Below, piece after piece: positions 13,594 to 27,461 of a stretch of 64,000 nt of DNA. The DNA comes from Octopus vulgaris (lineage: Eukaryota). The notes under the pieces were generated by a model that was not told where the DNA came from, ran no database searches, and was given only the letters and a program-made list of their open reading frames with translations. Location of the stretch: contig OX597829.1 in assembly GCA_951406725.2 (NCBI GenBank), positions 35,092,001 to 35,156,000 on the forward strand, in the 5' to 3' direction. Within the stretch, counting starts at the first letter, position 1, and the number at the start of each line of letters is the position of its first letter. A program made the position numbers and the translations under genes.

Positions 13594-13900
13594 CGTATGT
13601 GTGTGTGTGTGTTTGTATGAGTTTGTGCGCTTGTTCGTTTGTTTGTGTGAGGGTTTGTGTGTGTGTGTGTGTGTGTGCGTGCGTATGTGTGTGTGTATTT
13701 GTATGAGTTTGTGCGTTTGTTCGTTTGTTTGTGAGAGGGTTTGTGTGTGTGTGTGTGTGTGCGTGCGTATGTGTGTGTGTGTGTTTGTATGAGTTTGTGC
13801 GTTTGATCGTTTGTTTGTGTGAGGGTTTGTGTGTGTGTGCGTGCGTATGTGTGTGTGTTTGTATGAGTTTGTGCGTTTGTTCGTTTGTTTGTGTGAGTGT
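13498..13900. repeat. Higher-order TG-rich minisatellite, about 5 units of 80-90 bp
   Basis: Repeated block GTATGAGTTTGTGCGTTTGTTCGTTTGTTTGTGTGAGGG separated by variable (TG)n. Confidence 0.9.
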
Positions 13901-14339
13901 TTGTGTGCGTGTGTTTATGTGTGTGTGTGTGTGTTTATGTGTGTTCGAGTATTTGCGTGAGTCAATGGAAAACGGTTTGTGGTAGTAGACAATGAAGTCT
14001 ACATTGGATGTGTTGCAGTTTATGGCGACGTGTACCAGAGCATATTAGTATGTGACTCAATACATGAATTTTCCAGTAATGAGACACAAAAATCTATCTC
14101 AATTTATTAAACTAGGTGCAACCACACACACGCACATCGATGCACTTGCTTGAGTGCGGAGTGTGTCTGTTGCTGGACGATGGGGATTCACTTGTTTGAA
14201 CAACCAAAATACTAACTTTACTAAGCCGCCGAGCATTTCACATGTAATTCTATTTTAAACAAAATTTTCTGGTGAAATCAGCGCAACACAGTGTATGTGA
14301 CAAGGCCGTACGTTTTAAATTACAATCCAACCCAATAAC

Positions 14340-14494
14340 CTTCTATATAGTTTTCACTTACCCAGTTTTACTCATAAAGTATTGATCGAGCCAAGGGTAT
14401 AGAAATTCTTATTTTCCCAAGATGCAAAGCAGTGGAATCGAACTCAGGATCGGTAGGTTGCTAATCGATTTACTGAAGCATTCGGCCACACTGC
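14340..14494 (-). mobile_element. Old SINE family B-related head
   Basis: CCCAAGATGCAAAGCAGTGGAATCGAACTC aligns with the family B head. Similar diverged heads lie at about 9420-9508 (-), 34505-34635 (-) and 41364-41487 (+). Confidence 0.65.
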
Positions 14495-14519
14495 TTGTAC
14501 TTGTGCGTATACATATGTA

Positions 14520-14601
<82 letters not shown>

Positions 14602-14602
14602 T

Positions 14603-14676
<74 letters not shown>

Positions 14677-14735
14677 TATATATTGTTATATTTCGGAATG
14701 GTCATATTGCCAGTTTAGCCAACAAATATTTAAAC

Positions 14736-14770
<35 letters not shown>

Positions 14771-15844
14771 CACGCGTGTATGTTTGTGAACACACATTTT
14801 TTGTACACTCCTCCATGAAAGTACAAATAAACACACACATCTATGATTTATGCTTATAGAGTACACATATTTATGTATGCATGTGTGTGTGTGTCAAATA
14901 ATGTTTGCAGGGCGCGCGCACACACACACGCATATATATACATATGTGTTTCTAATAATTATTAAATATACAAATTTTGTATTACACACGCATAAGTGCA
15001 TCCACCATATATGTAAACACAACTAAATTCACACACACACACACACACACAAACACACACGTACACACACACTCACTTGCATACACACACAAACACACAT
15101 ACACACACACTCACTTGCACACACATACACACATACGAGTATATGTGTATACTACTACTACTACTACAACAAATGTGTCGTGTGCTGCTTTTGTGTGGTT
15201 ATGCATGCGAGTGTCTTAGTTTATGCTCGTGCATGTGTGTATGTTTTAGTATATGTACGCACATATGAGCGTGTGTGTGCGCGCGCGCGTAACTGCGTGC
15301 ATTAGTCCCAAATGGACGACGACGCCTGCATGAACCTCCCACTTCGTTCCTGACGAGAAAACTAAGGAAGAAGGAAGCAAAAAGAGAATGACTGAATAAA
15401 GAAAGAAAAAAAAAGAAAGAAAAAGAAAGTGTCTACCCCTGAACAGACACGCTTTTTCCCGGCTCACAGGTCACGTGGCAAACCCAGTAATCATGTTTAA
15501 CGCACGAGACTCTCGTTCAAGCGAGATGCCATTTTTTTTGTTTATGTTCTACGTTTATTCTAAAAGACATTCGTCTGATGAAAGTTTATGGCCGATGAAT
15601 TCACATCAAATCGAAACCAAATTGCGTTTTAAGATCGCTTGATGTCACAAAAGAAGTCTGTGCTTGTGCTATCCGTTTTTACGGTCAGACAGATCGCTTT
15701 TATTTGCGTTCAGCCAGTATGACTTCAGAGTTAACCAATCTGCCAACTTTTGAGAAATCTGCGCCTGAGTTTCTTCTTACTCACATTGAACATTGATGGA
15801 AACATAAACAAATAATGATGATGATGATGATGATGATAATAATG

Positions 15845-15884
<40 letters not shown>

Positions 15885-15982
15885 TAATAATAATAATAAT
15901 AACGATGATGATGGTAACGACAATGACGAGGATGATGATGATGATGTTTATGATGATAATAATAAGAAAAACGTACAAATAA

Positions 15983-16053
<71 letters not shown>

Positions 16054-16214
16054 TATCAGTAAATTAAGAAATAAATATATAAATAATATTTCTCGGCAGT
16101 GCAGTCAATGGAACACTTTCAACTATAAATTCTTAGATAATGATGACTCCGTTAATTTTACTATTTTCATCATTACAAATCACTTTCTATATACTTAGTT
16201 TGACAATGTATGTA

Positions 16215-16254
<40 letters not shown>

Positions 16255-16477
16255 CGTTCGCGTGTATATATATATAAATATATATATACATACATAATTG
16301 TGTGCATATGTTATACATATACATATATATGCGTATATCTATCTCTCTCTCTATATATATCTACTACCTAAGAACACATATCTGTGTTGGTATGTATGTT
16401 TGTTTGTTTGTGTGTGACTGTGTCAGTGTGTGTGTATGTGTGTGTGTGTGAGTATGTGAGTGTGTGTGTGCGTGTAT

Positions 16478-16519
<42 letters not shown>

Positions 16520-16524
16520 GTGTG

Positions 16525-17185
16525 AGTGATTCTTCGGTAGTCATTTTTATCTGACGATACAATGCTGATACTGAAGCCAAAATTGTTACAGGCCTCAAGA
16601 AATCTACAATCATCTGTGAACATCAGTTCACAGACGCTCAGGTGCTTAACTTTGGATTTTTCCTGTACTATCGTACCTATTGTTAATTTCAGATGGTGTT
16701 ATTCTGATACACTTTTTCAGAAAACATGAAAAAAAAAAAAAAAAAAAAAATGAAGGTTGATGCTAAGAGATACATTGTTTAACACAATTTGAGACAGGAA
16801 ATGATATAGATGTATCTCTATTGCTTCCAGCACTCTCCAGCATGTCATTATGAAATTGGATCATCGTATGCTCGAACATGAATGGACAATCATATCTAGC
16901 AAGGATGCTCAACAAACCACATTGTATCATAATCCTTCGTGAGAACAAGTAAACGTTAGATACCGGTCCTGATTCTGCTTTATACATTTAATTGTATCTG
17001 TCTTGCTGCAAAGATCACATCATTAGTGGTCCTTTCACAACGAAAGCTGCATTGGTTTTCTAGCAAGACATTGTTAGCGAGGTTATCGAGGCAGCTCAGG
17101 TGTATTTTTGCCAACATTTTGCCAGCAGTTAACAAGAGGGAAATCATTCTATGACTGTCACACGATTGTTTGTCTCTAATTCTTA
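16525..17185 (-). mobile_element. RTE (BovB-like) LINE reverse transcriptase fragment
   Basis: HRMISLLLTAGKMLAKI..LLENQCSFR..TNDVIFAARQIQ, FPVSNCVKQ and LMFTDDC correspond to RT domains 1-5. Confidence 0.85.
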
Positions 17186-17666
17186 TACAATTAAGTAATT
17201 GTAGTATTTCTCGTGAAATAGTGCTGCTACGCAAAGAAAACTGCTGTTAGCTTTTCATTGACTATTTCACCACTAAAGATGTATATTTCAACAAGAATTG
17301 AACCAGCACCTGGTGCTTTATTAATGTACAATCTTCTTACAGCTTTCTAGGTTTCAAGGAAAGTAGGAAATTTATTAAGAACTGTGTTGATAAGAATTTG
17401 CACCAGATTGTCAATAGGTTCCCCATTCATCTTGGATGATCTGTTCAGAACATTTTAAAGACGATTCACCCATATTTCATATAATCTATCATGACTTGAA
17501 TTATCTTACCCTGGAAGTTCAGATAATCAGGAGGTGCTAATTATGCTGCTTTTTACTCTAATATCAGAATATCAGAATGTCAGTTTTCTTTCATGTTTTT
17601 TGAGTATTATATTATGGTTGAGAAGATATGGTATATTATATGTCAATATTTGTTGTTGTAAGACAT

Positions 17667-17812
17667 GGCGTCGAGTTGGTAGATTTGTTATTGCACCGGA
17701 CAAATTCTGCCGAGGTCGACTTTACCTTTCAATCTTTAGGGGTCGATAAAATAAATACCAGTTGAATTCTGGGGTTGATGTAATTGACTTATGCCAAATT
17801 TTGAAATCAATA
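17667..17812 (+). mobile_element. SINE family A, internally deleted
   Basis: Head joined directly to CAAATTCTGCCGAGGTCGACTTT; a further central-domain fragment lies at 21813-21864. Confidence 0.8.
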
Positions 17813-18479
17813 TTTATTGTTGAAAGATATTTTCCATGGATTAGTTAAATATCTTTTTCTTTTTTAAGGACAATAGTCTCATGAAGTATGGCAAAGCTTA
17901 AATGAAGTGCAATATGATGAAAGTCAGGGAAAATTAATGAGTTGACATTATGAAAGAATATTGTTATATGACATAATGAGTTTACGGTAGGAATTAGCGG
18001 TATAAATGAAGACTATAGAAGTAGAGCGTAAGATAGAATGAGTGTAACTGTTTCTGGTATGTAGGTGAGTACTGAGCAGTTCAATCAGTAGGTAGCATCA
18101 TTTTACGGTGTTTCGTAGATATTTGGCAACGTGGTAACATTCGGTAAAGAATTAATACCCTGTAGGATTAAGAATATTGAGAACGATGTTTTTCTTAGTT
18201 ATTCGAATCCGGGAAATTTTGCTGCAAATGTCTGCAAATGTCTGTATGTTTTGCTTCTCTCGCGAGTCTTTCACTTAATACTGTATAGGATAATATATTC
18301 CTTCAAGTACCAGATGTATTTAAATAGTTTTGTTGCAACTTCCTTTTCCATATGTCTAATACAAGTTGCATTATAGAAGAGCTGTTATTTAAATTTACGC
18401 TTCACCACAAGTGTGCGCAGTGTTTTTTTAATTGGTGCATCTGAAGGAAAAGTCTGTGCCCACGGATTTTGCAGGATCG

Positions 18480-18642
18480 CCTAGACCGATGCTATAATAG
18501 TTCTTGAATCGCTGGAAATCAACTGCGGGAAAGATATGTGTAGGGATAGACAATTGAGCAGAGAATGCTTGAGTGAAAATAGCATAAGTCCAGTTAGCTC
18601 CAAGGAACAGAAGACATTATATAGTAACATTGGAAAAAGTAA

Positions 18643-18673
<31 letters not shown>

Positions 18674-19190
18674 AGGGAGAGGGTGCGAGAAAGTGGAGAC
18701 AACTCGCTTGTGTGTTAGACACAAGAACGTGTCTGTGCTATTCAGTCTTGTGGCCTTTTGCTTGAAGCGGTTTAGAATGTGTGTGCAGCAGGAGAAGTAC
18801 CATTCTGTATGAGAGCAATGCTTCATTGTGGTTCTCACTATAATTTTTCAGACTATCAATAATTGTGTGAGCTGAAGTATCATCTGGTCCTGAAGAAACA
18901 GTCGTCGAGATCTTAGCTATGTTAAGGCTATGTTTTCACTAGGAGAGATCGTCGGCGATACTAAGACTTAAAACGATTTAGTTGAGTATTGATGATGATT
19001 AACTGGGATATGGAGCGGGGATGTTTTCTTGATAGGAGTAGCTTTTGTGTTTTTGAAAGGTTTTTTGTATTTATTGAAAGGAACAAGATTGGCATACTTC
19101 CATTAGAAAATGCATTCGAGACCTCTGATAATAGACTTAAACCAGACTGTATTGTGAGTTGATAATGCATGTCTGGAGAATGTCACACGC
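18480..19190 (-). mobile_element. L2/CR1-group LINE C-terminal fragment
   Basis: SKTQKLLLSRK, RTTMKHCSH (compare RPxMEYCSH), KQKATRL, LTHKRVV and LYNVFCSLEL; interrupted by (AG)n. Confidence 0.7.
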
Positions 19191-19293
19191 TGCAATAGTA
19201 CAATCTGGTAGGATCTATCAATCTATTCGTCTGTCTGGCTGTTTGTCTGTCTGCCTACATGTGTGCATGCCTGCATGTCCATCTGTCCGTCCG

Positions 19294-19397
<104 letters not shown>

Positions 19398-19701
19398 ACT
19401 TAAATTGCTTTGGGGATAAAGCGATCGACAAAGGTCTACCACCCAATTTACCCATGGCAGTATTTGTACTTACAATCGAAAGAATCGCAAAGAATATCCC
19501 CCAAAATTTTGGTACTTTTTTTACATTATCGAAGCCGATAAGGTAAAGGCAAATCAGCTTCGACAGGAGTTGAAATCGGGGCGCAGAGAGCCGGAACAAA
19601 TACCACTAGATGTTCTATTCGACGCACTTTTGACTCATCTAGAATTTCCTAATTTCGATCACTTGTACAAAATTAAAAGAATGTTTAATAGAATGTTGCA
19701 C

Positions 19702-19862
<161 letters not shown>

Positions 19863-19917
19863 TGTGTGTATGTGTGTGTTTGTGTATATATGTGTGTGTA
19901 TCTGTGTGTATGTGTGT

Positions 19918-20062
19918 ATGGCTGTGTGGTAAAATAGTCTATTTTCCACCACATGGTTCCAGGTATATATGCCTGGGCAAGTGTCTTCTACTATAGGTCG
20001 AGCTGACAAAAGTCTTGTGAGTGGATTTAGTAGAAGGAAACTAAAAGAAACTCGTAGTATAT
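19918..20062 (+). mobile_element. SINE family B 5' half
   Basis: TGGCTGTGTGGTAA..TGGGCAAGTGTCTTCTACTATAG..GTGAGTGGATTT matches family B. Confidence 0.85.
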
Positions 20063-20487
20063 ATGTATATATTTATATACACACATTCTTTTATTCTTTC
20101 AAGTACTTCAGCTTTAAAGCTGCAGTCATAACGGGGCACGCACGCGTGTGATGTTGACTTTTGTATTTCTAAATGCTAATATAGACAAGCATGATAGTTG
20201 GCGCAACACTGTTTTGTTTTCCATATGTAGATAGATAAATCAGTGTAATTCTCTTTTCACTACTACATATAACTAGATAAAGTTGTGCCATTCCCTTTAT
20301 GTATTTGCCAATTGATTTACAATTTAATTGCATTTCAATTACATAAGATAGAGGATGGACACAGCTGTATCCAGTTACATATTGCAATTAAAAGAGAAGT
20401 ACGCCTACTTTAAGTTATCATAGTCGATGTTAGCATTTAGTGAAAATTGTGTCAGACGTTTTAAAACATCAGGCATCAGGTATTTTA

Positions 20488-20560
<73 letters not shown>

Positions 20561-20786
20561 GTAATAGTAATAATAATAATAATGATGATAAAGAAAGAAT
20601 TTGATAATGTCGATACGAAAATATATTATACCTTGCCGTCATCAATAGAGATTGACACTCAGGATCAAAATCGCCATCATGCCGAAAGTTACAACTTCCT
20701 CTGTATGTAATCAGTCGGATATTCCAAACACGCTGGCCAAACAATGTTTATCAACCAATGTAAGAATTGGTTTTTGCCAGCCAGCT

Positions 20787-20823
20787 CCGTCTGAAGATTG
20801 AGTTCGAGCCTGAAACGTAAAGT
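20787..20823 (+). ncRNA. Degenerate hammerhead-like motif in a possible Penelope relic
   Basis: CTGAAGA-14 nt-GAAA-CG-TA with poor stems; an upstream frame reads AVINRD, resembling a PLE endonuclease C-terminus. Confidence 0.4.
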
Positions 20824-21162
20824 AAAAGAATATAAAACAGTTGGGATTATGACAGTTAACATACATATATGTACGCACAGATAACCGAACATGCATACCA
20901 ACTTCCGTACATATATGTACGTACATACATCCCCCTATCTGAATCCCCACCTCTCTATCTATATACATATATATATATACACGCACACATATGTATGTAC
21001 GTGAAATATAAAGAAAGTCAGGAAATATGAGATGACTATATCTATTTCAGCAGTTGATATTCATAAGATGACGATCGTTTTGTATCCAACTGAAGGACTT
21101 TTTTGAATGTACCACCGGATTAGATAAATCCATGTATTGTGCATTAAATTTATATGTAAGTA

Positions 21163-21569
21163 TACTCTTTTTTCTCTTTTTACTCTTTTACTTGTTTCAG
21201 TCATTTGACTGCGGCCATGCTGGAGCACCGCCTTTAGTCGAGCAAATCGACCCCGGGACTTATTCTTTGTAAGCCCAGTACTTATTCTATCGTTCTCTTT
21301 TGCCGAACCGCTAAGTGACGGGGACGTAAACACACCAGCATCGGTTGTCAAGCAATGCTAGGGGGACAAACACAAACACACAAACACACATACATACATA
21401 TACATATATACGACAGGCTTCTTTCAGTTTCCGTCTACCAAATCCACTCACAAGGCATTGGTCGGCCCGGGGCTATAGCAGAAGACACTTGCCCAAGATG
21501 CCACGCAGTGGGACTGAACCCGGAACCATGTGGTTGGTTAGCAAGCTACTTACCACACAGCCATTCCTG
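21163..21569 (-). mobile_element. SINE family B, young near full-length copy
   Basis: A-box TGGCTGTGTGG, B-box GGTTCAGTCCC, CORE-like CTTGGGCAAGTGTCTT and tail GGCGGTGCTCCAGCATGGCCGCAGTCAAATGACTGAAAC followed by (AGTAAAAG)n. Confidence 0.93.
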
Positions 21570-23180
21570 TATTACAAATTTTAAAATGGATTGTAGTCAA
21601 GCTTGAGCATTGCCTTTAAATTTTTTCTTTTTTACAAATTTATCGATCCCAGTCGTCTGTCTGGTTCTCATGTAATCAACTTATATATACTACATGGTAA
21701 ATGTGATATACAGGCGGTGAATTGCAGAGTCGGAAGAAGTGAGATACAGTGCCAGTATTTGTTCCCTCCTACCTTCTCCCTCCCTTCTCTCTGTGATCGG
21801 ATTTCATATCCCTTCGAGGTCAACTTTACTTTTCATCCTTTCAGAGTCGATAAATAAAATACCGACCCAGCATAGAAGATTGGTGGAATTGCTAGAGAAT
21901 CGAACGGTCTACATTGCGGTATCTGTGCTGGTTATTTCTGTTCTGTCTGTGGCAACACTTGCAGTTATAAAATTGGTGGCCATCTGTATCTGCTTTGCTT
22001 TTCCACTGGCAGTGTGATGACAGGACACATTCCTACAATGCTGGCCGTATAGATTTAACTCCTTGCCAACTTATATACCATACATTTTCACAAACCCACA
22101 CACAAACACAGATACATGAACGCATGGGCGTACTCTCAATTTATGATTCTTCAACTGACTCAAATCTTCAACGTTTTATTTACCACACATCTTACTTTGT
22201 TATATTATAAACTCTTCTTAATCTCATTTCATCATTACACTTTACTACAGAACATAAACAGTAATTATCAGATGTACGAATGAAGCCATCGTAGGATCAA
22301 CCATTATCTAACAATGATACATATAAAAATGTGGATAATGGCCACCCAAAACCTTAAGCTTTGGGCTTAACTATTAAAATAAAGTGCGTGCCTTTGTCTG
22401 GTAGATAGTTGTTAAGTCATAGCTCGCAAACTATTTAGGAAATGGAAAACTTTCATAAGAGAATCTCAATAGACATAAAACATGCACAAAATACGCAGGC
22501 ATAGATATGTATGCGTGTATATTCATATTCGTTTTCTCATGAGGCGTAGAAATATATAGTTCTGTGCAGTTTACTAATTTACAAGAAAATTCTAAGAAGA
22601 AATTCCATTGATACAAATCTCCAGTCAAAATAATTAGCGGTCATCCTACTCTCTCTTGTTACTGAATGCATAATTATAGATACTTAGAGAATGGTGTACA
22701 TGAATAAACGAATGTCGCTATAACCCACTGGTACAGATATTTCATCACCTTAAGTTGTTAATTTTTGCGTGTTCCAAATGATAGAAATGACGACGTGTGC
22801 AGAATGCACCCGTCACCAAATGGAAGCCCTTATAAGCAGAATTAAAGTTCAGAATCTATATTTCTGATTGTGAGTACAGCAAATTTAGCGAATACAATCC
22901 ATTGTAGTACAAGAATATTTTGATTATTGTAATCTTAAATACAAGCTCCCCGTGCACCCACCAAATTCGAATACATTTCTGAATTCTGGAACATTCAAAA
23001 TTAAAAAATGCTAATTTGGAAAAACATTTTCCAAATTTATGTTAAAAGAGAAATGATTCTAAAAAACATGAGGATGATACAGTGTGTGAAAAGAAATGCA
23101 GAGAAGGGAGTAAACTAAGCAAGGTTTGTAGATATCAACAGCAAGTGAAAAAGAGAGTAAGAAATAGAGACGAGAGATAG

Positions 23181-23262
<82 letters not shown>

Positions 23263-23384
23263 GAAAAAAGAGTGAGAGGGAAAGAAAGCGAGAAAGAATA
23301 AAATAGGGAACGGAAGTTTGTGTCAGAGAAGGTTGTGGCGATTATGGCAGGCATGATTGCAATAACGTGAGTATTTTTTCGGTT

Positions 23385-23452
<68 letters not shown>

Positions 23453-23544
23453 TATAACATTAAATAAGTGTAGAAATTGATGTTAATCAATTTAAACCAG
23501 TGGCTTAGCATATTTATAAAAAGCCGAAGATTAAAAATTTTGTT

Positions 23545-23835
23545 ACATACAAAATTTAGAGGACTGACCACTGTTGGTTCATCCGGAATTGCGGAGAAGA
23601 GGATGTCTAGTTCCTTTTTCAAAGATTTCTACTTCCACCTTATGCAGATTTCTTAATTTTTGTGGCAGGGCATTGAAGAGCTGTGGGCTTTTGAACCCTA
23701 GACTATTGTAGTACCTGGTCCTGAATTTAGATGGAGTGGATGGTACCTTTGATACAATACAATGGCGGCCAGTTCTGGCATTTGTATAATAATCAATGCC
23801 GAAATTAGGTACTAGCCCTTCTAGAATTTTCCATA
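23545..23835 (-). mobile_element. CR1-like LINE C-terminal fragment
   Basis: IWKILEGLVPN..SPQLFNALPQKLRNL..F/KKELDILFSAIPDEP. Confidence 0.85.
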
Positions 23836-23933
23836 TACATACATACGTACATACATACATACATACATACAAACATACATACATACATACATATACATAC
23901 ATACATACATACATACATACATACATACATACA

Positions 23934-23966
<33 letters not shown>

Positions 23967-24882
23967 GTACATACCTACATATATATGCATATATACATGC
24001 ATATATGAGTACAGGACATAAAAAACGTAGACACAATGAGAAACTAAAACATGAAAAACAAAAACATAGAAAACGAACATTTTTCGAACAGAATGAATAC
24101 ATTTACGCACGCGCGTGAGCATGCATGCACATATGTATATGTATATGTATAGGCGTATGTATACGTCTGTATATATGTGTGTGTGCGTATATATGTAAGT
24201 ACATATATTCGCACATGTATATGTATGTGAGTGTATGCGTATGTATGTCATTATACCACCTTTCCTCCTCTCTGATTCCTACATATCACTAACCTACTAC
24301 ATACGTCTGTTTATAGTAAATTGACATCCTTGTATTCTTCCCTCCACTTCAAAATTTACTACCGAAACTTCTACTCACTTTGGTATCACTCCACCCATAC
24401 CTTTTCTCTACCCATCCCTTAATGCAGCTCTGTAATATCATCCCTACTCATATATCTCACATTCTTTACTCCTTACCTTCTCATCTCTTCCTATCCATCC
24501 TCCACTCCCCCATCACATTATCTTGACCACAAACTAACAGTCCTTTTCTCACTTCTTTTACCCTTTCTTCACTTTTTCACTCTGTTTTGTTTTTGTTTTC
24601 ATTCCAGCCACAAAACCCTTTCAAAACGAGCAACACAGATTCCATGGCTCCATACTTTAAAATGACTAAACATTAACTGCTATTGGAACTTACACATCAT
24701 GTACAGGAATCTTATTTGTCACTTCTAGACACCATTTTCCTCGAATAATGGAACTGCAACTACAATATCTTTATATGTCTTATTTCTACTTTCATTCTCT
24801 TATTTCCCTCTAGATTCCCTATCTCCCCCTTTTCCATAATAATTCGAACTCAAATATTTCCTCAATTTAACCTTCTCACACC

Positions 24883-24930
24883 GTCTCTGATGAAGAGATA
24901 TCCATAATAACCCAGAAACAGCTGCAAGAC
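24883..24930 (+). ncRNA. Type I hammerhead motif with palindromic stem III, mutated cleavage site
   Basis: GTCT-CTGATGA-(weak stem II)-GAAA-CAGCTG-CA-AGAC; stem I GTCT/AGAC perfect, U16.1 changed to C. Lies in a pyrimidine-rich pLTR-like region (about 24250-25060). Confidence 0.65.
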
Positions 24931-25094
24931 TACTTCCATATAAATGTCCTGAAAACTCCTCACAGCTTTGGCTTTATTATCTCACTCTCCACCATCGCCT
25001 AAAACAATACCTCTGCTTACTTCCTTCCCACTGCTTTCAGCCGTCCATTAACCTGTCTTTACTCATTAAAAAAAAAAAACAAACAAAAGTCGCC

Positions 25095-25271
25095 CTGATA
25101 GATCGTTAGCCACTACACACATTTTTTTCTCTCCTTGTTTTTTTCTGTGTCCCTTTCTGTAGAAGAGAGTAGGCTCGAAACGTAAAATACTTTTTCTATT
25201 CCTGAGCGTTATACTAATACCTCTGTTTTGTACACCACCTGTCTTCGTCTTTTGTTTTTTTCGTAAACTCT

Positions 25272-25275
<4 letters not shown>
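25095..25275 (+). mobile_element. Short hammerhead-bearing element (PLE pLTR-like) ending at (TA)n
   Basis: ttt-CTGTAGA-a-GAGa gtag gCTC-GAAA-CG-TA-aaa at 25153-25188; related in sequence and layout to 45556-45752. Confidence 0.65.
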
Positions 25276-25322
<47 letters not shown>

Positions 25323-25387
25323 CATACACACACACACATATATATATGTTTATATGCATAGATGTATATAACTATAGTTCAATATTT

Positions 25388-25497
25388 AAGATATGAGGAA
25401 TTATGTACATTATTCACATTATTTACATTTCACGGATATTTTAACAACGGACAAGATAAGGAGAAATATCCGTCAAATGTAAATAATGTAAATAATG
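25388..25497. mobile_element. Fold-back of a Penelope pLTR end
   Basis: 34-bp inverted arms 25408-25441 / 25464-25497 (2 mismatches); the sequence matches 48438-48511. Confidence 0.85.
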
Positions 25498-25514
25498 ATG
25501 TATATAACGATCTA

Positions 25515-25741
25515 TGTATGTCTGTCTGTGTGTCTGTGTTAGTCCTCCATCACCGCTTGACAACCGGTGTTGGTGTATTTACGTCTCTGTAACTTAGCGG
25601 TTCGGCAAAAGGAACTGACAGAATAAATACTAGGCTTAAAGAATAAGTCCTGGGGTCGATTTGTTCTACTAAAACCCTTCAAAGCGGTGCTCCAGCATGG
25701 CTGCAGTCAAATAACTGAAACATGTAAAAGAATAAAAGAAT
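25515..25741 (+). mobile_element. SINE family B 3' half
   Basis: CGCTTGACAACCGGTGTTGGTG..GCGGTGCTCCAGCATGGCTGCAGTCAAATAACTGAAAC; a tail-only fragment also lies at 52137-52191 (-). Confidence 0.9.
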
Positions 25742-26131
25742 ACACACACACACACACACACACACATGTATGTGCGCGCACGCGTGTGTGTGTGAGTGTG
25801 CGTGTGTGTATGCGTGTGTGTTAGCAGCTTAAGTTTTTTGATTTTTATGTTTTCCGGAAAAATTTTTTCAAATCTGACATAAGACAAAAAAATAGTTTCG
25901 AAATTCATTATGTTTATAAATTTGTTTTGCAAGATTCCTGATGCGAAATCGTGTGTTGAAACGGATATTGTTATATTTCGAACTCCAATTTTTCTTATTT
26001 CTTATGCTAACCAAACTGCATTTTCATGCTCACAGTCACTGGTACTCTTTTCGTGTCGGCTGCTGTCCCATGTTTGTTTTTCAAAATTACATGTTTCTTT
26101 TACAGGGTATTACAATTTTGCGATTGAAACC

Positions 26132-26238
26132 TAAGTTTACCGTTAGATTTAGAGTTTAAGAGTTAGGATTAGTGTTAAGGTTAGAGTTTAAGTTTAGGAT
26201 TTATAGTTTGAATTTAGAGTGAGGATTTAGGTTTAGAT
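26132..26238 (+). repeat. Degenerate TTAGGG-like hexamer tract
   Basis: Run of TTAGAT/TTAGAG/TTAGGA/TTAGTG/TTAAGG hexamers. Confidence 0.6.
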
Positions 26239-26250
26239 ATAAAGGATATT

Positions 26251-26436
26251 AAACGAAATGCTTAGTGGTACTTCGTTTGTCTTTACGTTCTGAGTTCAAA
26301 TTCCGCCGAGGTTGACTTTGCCTTTCATTTTTCCGGGTCGATAAATTAAGTACCAGTTGCGTACTGGGGTCGATCTAATCGGCTGGCCCCCTCCCCTAAA
26401 ATTTCGGGCCATGTGCATAGAGTGGAAAAGAATAAT
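26251..26436 (+). mobile_element. SINE family A (tail type 2), 5' truncated
   Basis: B-box and central domain followed by CCCCTCCCCTAAAATTTCGGGCCATGTGC..GAAAAGAATAAT. Confidence 0.9.
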
Positions 26437-27461
26437 AGAATCCTAATATAAAACTTATGATCTCATGTATTTATTGCAAAACACCGATTATATTTTTATA
26501 TATATTTTTGAATGAATGAATAAATGAATCAATTTATGGAATGATTGGAAAATCATTTCGATAGTTCTATCAATGAGCAAATAAGTGTTTTTATGAATGA
26601 AAGAATGAGCAAATTGGAGATGCCTTACAAATAGGCGCAAATGATACTGATCTTTCATAAATCATTGTCTTCAAATAAAAATTATAGATCTGGATTGTCA
26701 AAAGAAAAACAGAATGATATAAATACTCCTTTTGGTTGGCAGCGACTATTATAAATGCAAAATCTTAAAATTATATCCTTAATTCTAAAATATCGTTGCC
26801 AATGAAACACTTATCTTAGAAGTGAAAATATTTATGTATGTCAGATGTAACAACGGAATAAAAATACATGTGCATTGAAACTAGCTGCCACGCTGTCACG
26901 CACACATATACATATACATAACATCAGCCTTTCAATGAAATCAGTGTAAAGATTAGTCACACTTGTATGGATAATATTGCTTCCAGTGTCATATGCCACA
27001 ATCAGAAACACAATCAGAAACCAAATGCCTTTGTCAATTTTACTTGTTTCTCATGGGATCTTACCACTTGAAGTGGGTAGTATACTGGGTGTAAATTACA
27101 CAAGACGTCGGCATCGAGGGGAAATACACGAGTTACATTGCGAAAAAAATTCAAGTGATATGACAATTAAGATCTATGCATTTAGATCGATGAACAAGAA
27201 AAGCTTCGCTACTCTGCCTTATTTATCTGGAAACTTAAGGATCACTTTAATATACGGTTTGATAAATACACCATTCAACCATATTGTCTCCCTTAGTACA
27301 ATATAGGGTTTGCAGCATTTTCACCTGACTTACTTTGGCTATTAAGAACCGGCCTTACGAGTGACAAGTAAAGAGATATAAATAATGGATCTCGGCTACA
27401 TCTCAATGCATGAAGAGCATCTGAAAGGTTAAATACATATTTTATATATTTTATTAACGAA

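Noticed and set aside
15575-15600. Isolated CTGANGA/CTGANNA cores (also 612, 5501, 15350, 18890, 37473, 58933)
   Set aside because: No correctly placed GAAA with paired stems; expected by chance.
15776-15812. Minus-strand splice donor GTGAGT/GTAAG as a host exon boundary
   Set aside because: No supportable acceptor or coding frame; upstream sequence is microsatellite.
26132-26238. True telomere or chromosome end
   Set aside because: Short, highly degenerate and internal.
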